This document shows, one piece after another, positions 18,483 to 27,544 of a DNA stretch of 64,000 bases. The notes beneath the pieces were generated by a model that was not told where the DNA came from, searched no databases, and saw nothing but the letters and a program-made list of their open reading frames with translations. Numbering within the stretch: the stretch's first letter is position 1; each line of letters begins with the position of its first letter. Made by a program: the position numbers and the translations under genes. The DNA is from Minisyncoccota bacterium (lineage in GTDB: Bacteria > Patescibacteriota > Minisyncoccia > Phycocordibacterales > CALRHW01): assembly GCA_046350795.1 (NCBI GenBank), contig JAXLZT010000001.1, forward strand, positions 181,780 to 245,779. The letters are read 5' to 3'.

Positions 18483-20054
18483 ATGATTCTTAAAAGATTC
18501 ATCTTTTCTTTTACGGTTTTTATTTTCTGTTGGATTTCTGTTACTTCTATCGCAAATGCTTCCGGAGAAGCTTGTTACACTTTTCCTAGAAACCTAAAGA
18601 TGACTGATAGGGGTATAGATGTTTGGTCATTACAAAAATTTTTAAATACAGATCCAAGGACACAGATTTCACAGTACGGGGTAGGATCTCCTGGTAAAGA
18701 AACAGACTACTTTGGACTACTTACCGCTAAAGCAGTCTCTAGGTTTCAAGAGCTTTATTCTAATGAGACACTTTTACCAGCCGGCCTTACGAGCGGAACT
18801 GGTTTTTTTGGTATAGCTTCTCGTTTGAAGGTTTTAAAAATATGTTTAGAGGGATTACTTGGTCAAGGTGCCGCACCCCTAGAGTCTACACAATTACCAG
18901 TAGCTCAAAACACCTCTATACCCACAGCGTCTTCTCAGAGTGTTACTTTAAATAAGGGTGGTTCTGTGAATGATTATGTAAATAAGTTCATAGTCTGGTA
19001 TCAAATTGCTGGTTCTATTCCTAGTACTCCAGAAAATAAATTAATCAGAGAGGTAGGATGGTTTCCTCCAACACCAGAATATTGGAATAATTTTGCGAAT
19101 AGAATTAAAAACAATGAAATGCAGATTGGTGTAAAGAGAATTGTTTTATGGAGCCCGTTTGGTTTTAGCTACGATAGCCCAGAGCCGATTCAATTTGATC
19201 AATACTTAAATGCACAAGTAGATACTCCATGGCTAGTTAATAATTTTGTAAATGCATGGAAACCGATTACTCAATCTGGCGTAGAAGTAATAGCTTATAT
19301 AGGCAGTCCTTATATAGATGAAAAACAAGTTGCTTTAATAAACAATCAAAGTGCGTGGTGGGATAGGGCATGGTCAGCAGTAAAACCATTTAAAGATGCT
19401 GGAATGTCTATTGCTTTTGATGCTGTTGTGGGACAGTCGGAGAGCTCTATGGACTATCAGCTTGCAGAAGCTTTGCGCAATCAGGGTGTGAAAGTGTATG
19501 TTGAGTCTAGACCGCGCTACAACCTTTCTCATTGGAATCAGTCTCATTACGGAGTATTTATTGATAACTATTTCTTTTACAGAAGTGATCCAGAAAGATA
19601 TGCGGATGCTAGCGTATGGCAGGCTGTAAAAAATTCTGATTTGAAAGGTGAGACTATTAGAATGGTCTTATATGAAAATGGACCAAATCTACCAAGCGAT
19701 GTGCCGAGTGATTATATTGGTCAGGCAAAAAGTGTTTTAAAGGATGGTGATTCAGTGGCTATTGGTGGTACTTTAGTAAATGCTTCTACTCCGCTTTCAT
19801 CTTTTTTACCAACTGGTGATTCTTATAAAATAATAACTCTGCAGGGCAGTGATCCTGATGGCGGAACACTCACTTTCTCCATTACAAGCAACCCGCAACA
19901 CGGCACACTCACTCAAACTGGAAGTGGTGGAAAAAAAGTTAAATATAAATTGACATCATCTTCTTTTGTTGGAACGGATTACTTTACATACACAGTAAGT
20001 GACGGGCTACATACCTCTCTACCAGCTACAGTATCTATACAAGTAAAAAATTAG
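18483..20054 (+). CDS. Secreted protein: peptidoglycan-binding domain + unknown central domain + Ig/cadherin-like domain
   Basis: Signal peptide; DVWSLQKFLN...YFGLLTAKAVSRFQ; C-terminal DPDGGTLTF...PQHGTL...GTDYFTYTVSDG. Confidence 0.75.
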   Translation: MILKRFIFSFTVFIFCWISVTSIANASGEACYTFPRNLKMTDRGIDVWSLQKFLNTDPRTQISQYGVGSPGKETDYFGLLTAKAVSRFQELYSNETLLPAGLTSGTGFFGIASRLKVLKICLEGLLGQGAAPLESTQLPVAQNTSIPTASSQSVTLNKGGSVNDYVNKFIVWYQIAGSIPSTPENKLIREVGWFPPTPEYWNNFANRIKNNEMQIGVKRIVLWSPFGFSYDSPEPIQFDQYLNAQVDTPWLVNNFVNAWKPITQSGVEVIAYIGSPYIDEKQVALINNQSAWWDRAWSAVKPFKDAGMSIAFDAVVGQSESSMDYQLAEALRNQGVKVYVESRPRYNLSHWNQSHYGVFIDNYFFYRSDPERYADASVWQAVKNSDLKGETIRMVLYENGPNLPSDVPSDYIGQAKSVLKDGDSVAIGGTLVNASTPLSSFLPTGDSYKIITLQGSDPDGGTLTFSITSNPQHGTLTQTGSGGKKVKYKLTSSSFVGTDYFTYTVSDGLHTSLPATVSIQVKN

Positions 20055-20126
20055 TGCTCTCAGTAGGAATCGAACCTACATCGCAAGCTCCGCAAGCTCG
20101 CATTCTATCCATTGAACTATGAGAGC
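20055..20126 (-). tRNA. tRNA-Arg (GCG), CCA not encoded
   Basis: GCTCTCA/TGAGAGC acceptor; anticodon arm CGAGC-TTGCGGA-GCTTG. Confidence 0.92.
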
Positions 20127-20153
20127 AATCAAAAGCAGGTTATCACGAAATAG

Positions 20154-20615
20154 TTAAAAACCAAAATACTCAGCCAATTTTTGAAAAAATGGCTCGTGCA
20201 TTTCGTCTTCGTAAAGTACTTCTTGTAAGTATTCGCGTATGTCTTCGGGGTGTACGGTATCAAGGCGTATGACCAAGAGGGGGAGGAAGAATCTTTGTGA
20301 TTTTAAAAGTAGCACAGGAGGATTTTCATTTTCATTTATCCAAAAAGAATCAAGTGATTTATATGGATAATGAAAATTATCTATAGTCACACCTCTGCTA
20401 TCTATTTTTACTTTATGTATTTTTGGTTGTCGCACGGCGTGCAACACCAAAGAGAAGGTTGCTATAAGTATTAGGATACCAAAGAGTAAGTTGCCCCAGA
20501 TAATAGATGCTAGGGCAATTGAAATAGCTATTATACCAACAGCCCAAAACCAATCGTTACTTTTTTCTTCATGATGATGTTCTAGAGCTTCCCACTCCAA
20601 TGGAGAATTTTTCAT
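20154..20615 (-). CDS. Hypothetical membrane protein
   Basis: Two TM helices followed by a soluble domain; host-like composition. Confidence 0.8.
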   Translation of the reverse strand: MKNSPLEWEALEHHHEEKSNDWFWAVGIIAISIALASIIWGNLLFGILILIATFSLVLHAVRQPKIHKVKIDSRGVTIDNFHYPYKSLDSFWINENENPPVLLLKSQRFFLPLLVIRLDTVHPEDIREYLQEVLYEDEMHEPFFQKLAEYFGF

Positions 20616-20671
20616 ACGTAAATTGTATCACAGCACACCGATGACCTCCATATTTTCTGTGAATAGAAAAA

Positions 20672-20710
20672 CCCCGTACCGGCAGCAGTGTGGTGCTGGT
20701 CGGTACGGGG
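20672..20710 (-). terminator. Intrinsic terminator of GC-rich gene
   Basis: ccccgtaccg...cggtacgggg with U-tract on the minus strand. Confidence 0.75.
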
Positions 20711-20760
20711 CGCTCTGGGAGGTTGTTTGGATTGGTGTGCGCGAGCGTTGGTGCTCGACG

Positions 20761-21195
20761 CTACTTCTCCGGAAGATCGTTCCACTCACCGATGGTCAAG
20801 CTGTGCTTGGGCATGGTGGTGAAGATGAGGTACTCAGCAAAGCTTGATGAGAAAAACTTGATCTCATCGGTCCCTTCGCTGAAGTCACAGCAGTTGTGGT
20901 CGTGATAGACCGTGCCCCTTGCCACGAAAGATGCTTTGTGGGTTTCTTTGCACCCCACCCAGACGAGTTCCATCTGGATCAGTGTGCAGTCTCCGGCCAT
21001 GAGATCCTTCTCCGTGCCCCCCACAACCCGAAACCCCGTGACCTCGTATGGGGGGAGCTCGGTGCAGATGGCTTTTTCTCCATCTGCCATCTTGCGTTCC
21101 TGGTTCTTCTTGGCGTGTTCCTTGCGGAACAGTTCGTTGGTCTCCTTGAGTAGGCCACTTTTTGTGGCCCCCTCTTTTGCGGTCTCTGTCGGCAT
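20761..21195 (-). CDS. Hypothetical protein, GC-rich
   Basis: AAGGAGG SD, upstream promoter-like sequence, downstream terminator. Confidence 0.7.
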   Translation of the reverse strand: MPTETAKEGATKSGLLKETNELFRKEHAKKNQERKMADGEKAICTELPPYEVTGFRVVGGTEKDLMAGDCTLIQMELVWVGCKETHKASFVARGTVYHDHNCCDFSEGTDEIKFFSSSFAEYLIFTTMPKHSLTIGEWNDLPEK

Positions 21196-21325
21196 GTGTG
21201 TATCCTCCTTGGGGATAGTGTTGGTGTGCGTGGATCTAAAGACAATATTACTCAGGCAATCATTTTTTGCAACAAAAAACAGCCCGACACTAGTCTGGCC
21301 GTTTTTGTAATTTTTTAGAGAAAAA

Positions 21326-21580
21326 TTATGAAAGATGCTTTGAAACGAGCTTTGTCATTTCAAACATGTTTACAACACCCTTTCCTCCAAACACTGCCTT
21401 TAGGGCTGCGTCTGCGTTGATGTTTCTTTTGTTAGCTGAATCTTGAAGATTGTTCTTCTTGATGTATGCCCACAAAGCCTTTACAACCTCTGATCGAGGC
21501 ATTGGTCCTTTTCCCACAACAGCTGCCAATTCTGGACTTACGTTGAGGGGTTTCATAAATGCTGAATTTGGTTTTGCCAT
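21326..21580 (-). CDS. Stand-alone SWIB/MDM2-domain protein
   Basis: SPELAAVVG..PMPRSEVVKALWAYIKKNNLQD..NKRNI. Confidence 0.9.
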   Translation of the reverse strand: MAKPNSAFMKPLNVSPELAAVVGKGPMPRSEVVKALWAYIKKNNLQDSANKRNINADAALKAVFGGKGVVNMFEMTKLVSKHLS

Positions 21581-21728
21581 ATTTTCAAATTAATTATTAA
21601 AACCTAATACGGATATTGTATCAGAAGGGGTTTTTTGCGCCATAGGGTATACACAGGAGCATAAGATAGCTCTTGTTTTAGACATTTATAAAATATTGTG
21701 TTAATTTTTATTTTAGAAAGGAGTAGAA

Positions 21729-22328
21729 ATGAAAAACCAGTGTGTTTTTTATCAAGCAATTGAACTTGCCAACTGGACTCATCGTGAACAAAGGAGGAAG
21801 GTTACCAAAACACCATATGTGGTACACCCACTTCATGGCGTGACCATTCTTCTGACACACGGTGTGAGTTTGGATGATCCAGACGGACTCGACATCTTGG
21901 TTGCCGAGGTGTTGCACGACGGACCGGAGGACAATGTTGTGGATTGTCCCATCAGTCTCATCGAGAGTCTGTTTGGGCGAGAGGTGGCCAGGATTGTGAG
22001 CAATGTCACTCTGGACCACAAAAACCCAGACAAACAGCTGTCGCGTCAAAAGATCCTGGGTTTGGATTGGAAGACGCGTATCGTCAAGACTGCGGACGTG
22101 ATGAGCAACACCGTCTCAACGGTGTGCAACATCGAGAGGTTCGGCCTCAGGGAGGTGCTAAAGCACTCGAAAAAACCAATCGCCAGAAAGATTGCCATGG
22201 AGCGCGAATTCTTGTCTGGCGTGTGTCGAGAAGGAGATCCAGTAACCCTTATCCAATTGCAAAGGAGCGCATTGCGGTTTGTTGACAAGCTGGCAGAACT
22301 CACAAGCACAGCTCATGCCAACACCTGA
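21729..22328 (+). CDS. HD-domain hydrolase, small alarmone hydrolase/Mesh1-like
   Basis: H.EQRRK...PYVVHP, LHDGPED, FG.EVA.IV..VT, VKTAD..SN. Confidence 0.8.
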   Translation: MKNQCVFYQAIELANWTHREQRRKVTKTPYVVHPLHGVTILLTHGVSLDDPDGLDILVAEVLHDGPEDNVVDCPISLIESLFGREVARIVSNVTLDHKNPDKQLSRQKILGLDWKTRIVKTADVMSNTVSTVCNIERFGLREVLKHSKKPIARKIAMEREFLSGVCREGDPVTLIQLQRSALRFVDKLAELTSTAHANT

Positions 22329-22395
22329 TTTCGTTTCCGTGTTTTACCGGCTTCCCCATGAAAAGGGAAGCCGTTTCTATTGTATAATTTAAACT

Positions 22396-22761
22396 ATGAA
22401 AAAATATAAAATAATTTTTTGGATTACTACGGCGGTGATTTTTTTGTTTGAGGGCGTGATGCCAGCGCTTACTTATCAATCAGAGATGTCCATACAAGGG
22501 ATTACAAGCTTGGGCTATCCTGTGTATTTCGTCACGTTACTCACTGTTTTCAAGGTTTTGGGATCACTCGTGCTTATTATTCCAATCATTCCGTCTCGCG
22601 TAAAAGAGTGGGCTTATGCCGGCTTTGCTTTTGATTTTATTTTCGCGCTTCTAAGTATGTGGATAGTGGTTGGCTTTGGTGTAATGTTGTTGCCTCCAGT
22701 AATAGCTTTGGTAGTGCTCTTGCTTTCATATGTTTCGTATCACAAGGTTATCTTAAAATAG
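22396..22761 (+). CDS. DoxX-like membrane protein
   Basis: LGYPVYF, KVLG, KEWAYAGF. Confidence 0.85.
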   Translation: MKKYKIIFWITTAVIFLFEGVMPALTYQSEMSIQGITSLGYPVYFVTLLTVFKVLGSLVLIIPIIPSRVKEWAYAGFAFDFIFALLSMWIVVGFGVMLLPPVIALVVLLLSYVSYHKVILK

Positions 22762-22764
22762 TAG

Positions 22765-23277
22765 GTGATGTTTGTTGTTGTAAATGACAAAATGCAAAAG
22801 GGTTATCAGTACGAACTCTCTGAAAAGATGGGTGAAAATTTTGCGCCGGAATTTAAGCCAGACCTTACACCAAAAGAAATGCTTGAGATGGGCGTGTTTG
22901 GTGGGGTATATATGAGGGATTGTGTAGATGAGTTTCCGTCTGATTGGTTTGTAAAGGCAAAATTTGCACCAAAAGACACAAAAGAACACTTGGCCGAATT
23001 AAACTTTTTCAAAATAAACGCAAGTCAGCCACTGTCTGTCTGGAAAAAGAAGGGCTGGATTTATCATGAAGATCCGCGAGGGTGGTTTCAGTGGTATTGC
23101 CGGTATTATATGGGGCGCAGAATTTCAAAAGAGGATGAGAGGCAGATAAAAAGGTGGAAGGCTATCAGTAGACACATAGCTCAAGTGCAAAAAAACTGTC
23201 GCGCAGGCGATGCAATGTGCCGACCACGCCAACGTCAGGCGATACTACACTGGGCATATGATAGTAGAAGAGTTTAG
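22765..23277 (+). CDS. Conserved hypothetical protein
   Basis: FKPDLTPKEMLEMGVFGG.Y, DPRGWFQWYCRYYMGRR, RQAILHWAYD; function unknown. Confidence 0.8.
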   Translation: MMFVVVNDKMQKGYQYELSEKMGENFAPEFKPDLTPKEMLEMGVFGGVYMRDCVDEFPSDWFVKAKFAPKDTKEHLAELNFFKINASQPLSVWKKKGWIYHEDPRGWFQWYCRYYMGRRISKEDERQIKRWKAISRHIAQVQKNCRAGDAMCRPRQRQAILHWAYDSRRV

Positions 23278-23380
23278 GAGTAGGAAAAGCGATAGAAATA
23301 ATTGAATCTTGACCCCATTTCTCCGATGCCTTAGTCTAGGGACAGAATCTTTGACATCACCCCCCCACAAGGAGTAAAAA

Positions 23381-24490
23381 TTGAACACAAACAATGTTCC
23401 TACCATTTGCCTGACGGGTGGACCCTGTGCGGGCAAGACCACCATCCTTAGTCGTTTGCAAGAGAGGCTCGATGACCTTGGCTTTGCGGTGGTTGTGGTG
23501 CCTGAGGTGGCGACAGAGTTCATCTCTTCAGGCATCCGGCCTGCTTTGATCGAGCCACACCGCTTTCAGTGCCACATCCTTGAGCACATCATGGCCAAGG
23601 AAGATCGTTTCAAGGCGCTCGCTCAGATCATGTCTGTCGACAAGAAGGTCGTCATATGTGATCGAGGCGCAGTCGATGCTGCTGCATACATGTCGCCCAT
23701 GCATTTTGACTTGATGCTCGGCCAGCTTGGACTCACTGTCGTCGACTTGCGTGACGCTCGATACGACGGCGTGGTGTTCTTGCGTTCTGTTGCGGTGGAC
23801 GCTCCCCATATCTACACCTGCGATAACAACAAAGCTCGCAGGGAGTCAGTAGAGGAGGCTTGTTTGATCGACGAGTGTACGCTCGCTGCGTGGACTGGAC
23901 ATCCGCACTTGCGTGTCATCGACAACAGCACCGATCTCGAAGGCAAATCACATCGGGTACTTCAGGCGATTTGCAGAGTGCTCGGCATCCCCACACCCCT
24001 GGAGATTGAGAAAAAGTACCTGGTGAACCAGTGCGATCTCAGTCGTCTTCCGCTTCCTCATCGGTCTGTGGAAATCGAACAGTACTACCTCAAGACCGAA
24101 GACGGAAAGGGAGTGGAACGTATTCGTCGACGAAGTCAGTGTGGAGGCTTTACTTACTACCACACTGTGAAGCAGGATCTTCGCTCCGGTGTGCGTATTG
24201 AGAATGAAAGTCAGATCACCGAGGCCGAGTTCCTGATCCTCCTGCAAAGAGCAGATCCGGAGTTTGGCAAGATCGGAAAGACCCGGTACTGCTTTCTGTG
24301 GAACAATCAGTACTTTGAGCTCGACGTGTTCCACAACCCCTCCGGCCTGGTTCTGCTCGAGATCGAGCTCACGGAAGAGAACGACTTGGTCATCTTGCCA
24401 GACTTTCTCGTGGGCCATGTGATGGATGTAACTGGCAGCGATAGGTACAGCAATGTTCAAATCGCTCGTCGAATCGTAGCCGGGGTGTGA
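23381..24490 (+). CDS. P-loop kinase-like (AAA_28) + CYTH domain fusion
   Basis: LTGGPCAGKTT, PEVAT, CDRG; C-terminal EIEKKY, KTRY, FELD, EIE. Confidence 0.85.
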   Translation: MNTNNVPTICLTGGPCAGKTTILSRLQERLDDLGFAVVVVPEVATEFISSGIRPALIEPHRFQCHILEHIMAKEDRFKALAQIMSVDKKVVICDRGAVDAAAYMSPMHFDLMLGQLGLTVVDLRDARYDGVVFLRSVAVDAPHIYTCDNNKARRESVEEACLIDECTLAAWTGHPHLRVIDNSTDLEGKSHRVLQAICRVLGIPTPLEIEKKYLVNQCDLSRLPLPHRSVEIEQYYLKTEDGKGVERIRRRSQCGGFTYYHTVKQDLRSGVRIENESQITEAEFLILLQRADPEFGKIGKTRYCFLWNNQYFELDVFHNPSGLVLLEIELTEENDLVILPDFLVGHVMDVTGSDRYSNVQIARRIVAGV

Positions 24491-24514
24491 TGCTGTTCGT
24501 TCGCCAAATGAAAC

Positions 24515-24546
24515 AAGGCCCGCGCTTCCTCAAGCGCGGGCCTTTT
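24515..24546 (+). terminator. Intrinsic terminator
   Basis: aaggcccgcgctt-cctc-aagcgcgggcctttt. Confidence 0.85.
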
Positions 24547-24593
24547 GCTGTGTAGTTCTCTTTAATAGGCTATATGTACACTCATAGCAAGAA

Positions 24594-24619
24594 AAAGGGC
24601 CGCCAGGTGGCGGCCCTTT
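24594..24619 (-). terminator. Intrinsic terminator
   Basis: aaagggccgcca..tggcggcccttt. Confidence 0.8.
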
Positions 24620-24700
24620 GGGGGGGGTGTGTGAACAGTAAATACAACTCTGCTCGTTCACCCAAAACGGTGTCGAGGACTTACTTCTCTTTTACAGCTA

Positions 24701-25219
24701 CTACTCCAGTGTGGCGAGAACGAGGTCGCGATCTGTCAGGACGCGATTCTTGATCTGCCTTGTGCCGTCTTCCTGCACGACGTAGGTCGTGACGTAGTAC
24801 TCGCGATAGGAGAGAGACACCCTCCTACCGTTGTACAGACTCCACTGATTGTAGAGCTGTGGACCGTTGAGGATGAGGTTGAACCCAGGTGCACGGAATG
24901 CTGTCGTGTACACCGGAGACCCCCTCGAGCTCTGTGGACCGTACTGGTGACGGTGGTTGTTCTCACGGTTGACTTCAGCCATGATGGGGAAAGGGAATGA
25001 CCTTACCCTCACCAACGGAAGCACGATCTCTCTCGGGTCATCAGCAGTCTCCACCGTTGCGACACAATTCATGGTGTCGGAGTGTTCATGCACGTAGAGC
25101 AGCTTCTCGCTGGGGAAGTACTTGTCGTTGATGAAGACCGTTCCACAGATCATGAACGTGGCGACCAGAGTGATGGCCATCGTGATTGCATGCGGGTTTC
25201 TCTCAGCCCAGTTGGGCAT
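24701..25219 (-). CDS. Hypothetical membrane-anchored protein, GC-rich
   Basis: N-terminal TM helix, AAGGAG SD, TTGACT promoter at 25320. Confidence 0.7.
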   Translation of the reverse strand: MPNWAERNPHAITMAITLVATFMICGTVFINDKYFPSEKLLYVHEHSDTMNCVATVETADDPREIVLPLVRVRSFPFPIMAEVNRENNHRHQYGPQSSRGSPVYTTAFRAPGFNLILNGPQLYNQWSLYNGRRVSLSYREYYVTTYVVQEDGTRQIKNRVLTDRDLVLATLE

Positions 25220-25361
25220 TTTCTCTCCTTTCCGTAAGTGACTCTGCAGAAGAAAGCCTGAACGAGTGTCCAGGAGAACTTTCTAGACCTAATAATATCA
25301 TATTTAATGCGACAAGTCAAGTATGTGGAGCCTCGTAGAGGCTGTTAGAGCGTATTATAAC

Positions 25362-25757
25362 CTAGCTTTTGTAAGAATCCTCTGAAATGAATTCAAGACT
25401 ATTTCCGCTTGGATCTCTGAAATAGATGGATTGAATATTTTCTTCCCACGAAACTTCTTTTTCGATAGACACTCCGTTTTGTTTTAGTCGATCAGACCAG
25501 TAGGGAAATTCTTCATTTGGAATACCAAACGCTATGTGTCCTTGTCCAACAGAACCATGTACAGGAACAACACCTCCAGATATTTTTGTTTTTTCAGGAT
25601 TAAATAAAATAAGAACGCTGTCACCACAGCGTAAAAAAATATTTCTGCCAGGGGTTTCGTCTATTTTTTCAAAATTCAGGATTTCTGTGTAAAATTTTTC
25701 TGCTTTTTCAAGATCATCAACGTAAAGCGAAGTTTCTAAGATTTTTTTAATTTTCAT
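25362..25757 (-). CDS. VOC/glyoxalase family protein
   Basis: LETSLYVDDLEKAEKFY, GHIAF, SIYFRDPSGNSLE. Confidence 0.9.
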   Translation of the reverse strand: MKIKKILETSLYVDDLEKAEKFYTEILNFEKIDETPGRNIFLRCGDSVLILFNPEKTKISGGVVPVHGSVGQGHIAFGIPNEEFPYWSDRLKQNGVSIEKEVSWEENIQSIYFRDPSGNSLEFISEDSYKS

Positions 25758-25769
25758 ACGTTGATTATA

Positions 25770-25797
25770 ACAAAACCCGCAGTTTTGCGGGTTTTGT
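25770..25797. terminator. Hairpin terminator
   Basis: acaaaacccgca-gttt-tgcgggttttgt. Confidence 0.8.
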
Positions 25798-25981
25798 CTC
25801 AAGCGGGGTAGATATCCTGAGGCTTGAACCGAAAGTACGGCTCAAATTCAAGGATATTGATCAAATTATACAGAAACTAAGGGTTGTCTACAAAGTCCAT
25901 CCCGAGTGATTTGAGGTGCTAAAACCTAAATCAACCAAAGGTAAAAATGTAGCGGATTATAGTATTTCTTAAGTCTGTGCA

Positions 25982-26314
25982 TTAATGAAACCAGTGCATC
26001 ACAATATCTATTGCCAAAATTGCTGTAGCGACAGCAGAGATGGTCGTTGCTACCATTATACACTTGGTTAAGCTTAGGGCCTTTTCAGTTAGCGACTCGG
26101 AAGATTTATTGAATTGATCTAATCTATAGTTTAAATCCGCTATTCGCTTAGTGAGATAACCAACCTGTGTTCCAATTTGACTTCGAGTGTTTGCAATCCC
26201 CGTTGTCATTAATTGCATGGCTCTCGTTAGGCCTTTCATACCACTTGGGGTAGCGCTCTCATGAGCTAAATCCCATTCTGACTTCTCTAACTCTGGAAAT
26301 TGGTTTGTACTCAT
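25982..26314 (-). CDS. Hypothetical coiled-coil protein with C-terminal TM
   Basis: ORF from MSTNQF; heptad region then hydrophobic tail. Confidence 0.65.
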   Translation of the reverse strand: MSTNQFPELEKSEWDLAHESATPSGMKGLTRAMQLMTTGIANTRSQIGTQVGYLTKRIADLNYRLDQFNKSSESLTEKALSLTKCIMVATTISAVATAILAIDIVMHWFH

Positions 26315-26319
26315 GATTT

Positions 26320-26583
26320 TTATAAAGCTAAAATTATTTGAATAATAAGTCCTACAAGCATCGCTACTGTTAAACCGACAATACACCATGTAAGGCCAAC
26401 TAGTTTATCTGTTTGTTTAGAAGATTGATTATTGAAAGTTTCGATCGTTTCTTGTAGTTTGCTTAATGCACGTCTAGTTAATTCATCAGAAGCGAGTGAG
26501 CCGTAATGTGGGCTTGATTGATTTATCAATTGCCATAATTGTTTGTCTTCCGAATCTTCAAGTTTTGGAGAAAAATTAGTCAT
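26320..26583 (-). CDS. Hypothetical coiled-coil protein with C-terminal TM
   Basis: Same architecture as its neighbour (FN..S...T.K...LT.CI). Confidence 0.65.
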   Translation of the reverse strand: MTNFSPKLEDSEDKQLWQLINQSSPHYGSLASDELTRRALSKLQETIETFNNQSSKQTDKLVGLTWCIVGLTVAMLVGLIIQIILAL

Positions 26584-26600
26584 AATTTTATTAAGAGATG

Positions 26601-26819
26601 TTAGTCGTTTAGTTCTTTGCGTGCTAAGAGCATTATTTTCTTTCTTCCTTCGCTCGGACTTACTTTCTTTGCTGCATCGAATAACGCTTCTTTTATATTA
26701 GCCTTTGTTTTGTCTGGGAACTGTTTTTTCAATTGGTTTATTGCATAATAAACCTCATAGTTTTGCTTGAAGCTGATCAAGTTTTGATCCCCCTGTATTT
26801 TATTTTTACTGTCTGCCAT
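26601..26819 (-). CDS. Small basic hypothetical protein (DUF3606-like N-terminus)
   Basis: DQNLISFKQNYEVYY motif. Confidence 0.6.
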   Translation of the reverse strand: MADSKNKIQGDQNLISFKQNYEVYYAINQLKKQFPDKTKANIKEALFDAAKKVSPSEGRKKIMLLARKELND

Positions 26820-26905
26820 TTTGATTAAAATTAGTTAATAATTAAACCTTGAAATCTGTGGATAAACCACTTGATTAGGTATTTGTAAGGCATTATACTT
26901 TAGGT

Positions 26906-27532
26906 ATGGAAAATAAGTCAAGTCTTGGAATAGGCAAACCATCAAAGCGACAGGCCGAAATTCTACAATTCATTACGGAATTTAGGAAAAAGAAAGGATA
27001 TGCCCCCTCTCTTGCAGAAATTGCAGACAATTTTAGTGTATCTGTTCCAACTGTCCACCAACACGTCTCTTATCTAAAAAGAAAGAATTTACTTGCAACA
27101 GAGAAAGGTAAGAGGAGATCTATTCAAGCGATGAATATTAACAAAAGCGGCGTGATAGAAATACCGCTCATGGGTCTGATTGCCGCGGGTGGACCGATTG
27201 AGGCAATTCGGGACCCTCGGCCGATAGAAGTACCTCGTAACATGGTTTCTGTTGGCTCAAATTTCTATGCTCTTAAAGTAGCCGGCGCTAGTATGATCGA
27301 GGATGGTATTTTTGATGGCGACATTGTGATCGTAAAAGATCAACCCACGGTGGACGACGGAGAAAAAGCTGTTGCATACTTGCCCGATAAAGATGTGGTC
27401 ACTTTGAAAAGAATTTACCGCGACAAAAACCGAATCAAGTTAGTTCCTGCCAACAAAAGCATGAAGCCCTTTTACGAAACAAATATTGAAATACAAGGAA
27501 AGGTCGTTGGTGTTCTAAGGAAAGAAAATTAA
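26906..27532 (+). CDS. lexA: LexA-family repressor
   Basis: wHTH (RQAEIL..GYAPSLAEIA), IAAG cleavage site, SM serine, TLKR lysine. Confidence 0.9.
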   Translation: MENKSSLGIGKPSKRQAEILQFITEFRKKKGYAPSLAEIADNFSVSVPTVHQHVSYLKRKNLLATEKGKRRSIQAMNINKSGVIEIPLMGLIAAGGPIEAIRDPRPIEVPRNMVSVGSNFYALKVAGASMIEDGIFDGDIVIVKDQPTVDDGEKAVAYLPDKDVVTLKRIYRDKNRIKLVPANKSMKPFYETNIEIQGKVVGVLRKEN

Positions 27533-27544
27533 GTAATCGCTAGT

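Noticed and set aside
21326-21580. SWIB domain as a eukaryotic gene transfer novelty
   Set aside because: Stand-alone SWIB proteins are already known in bacteria
6825-25320. GC-rich genes as integron cassettes
   Set aside because: They carry their own promoters, are dispersed in both orientations, and no attC-like sites or IntI were recognised
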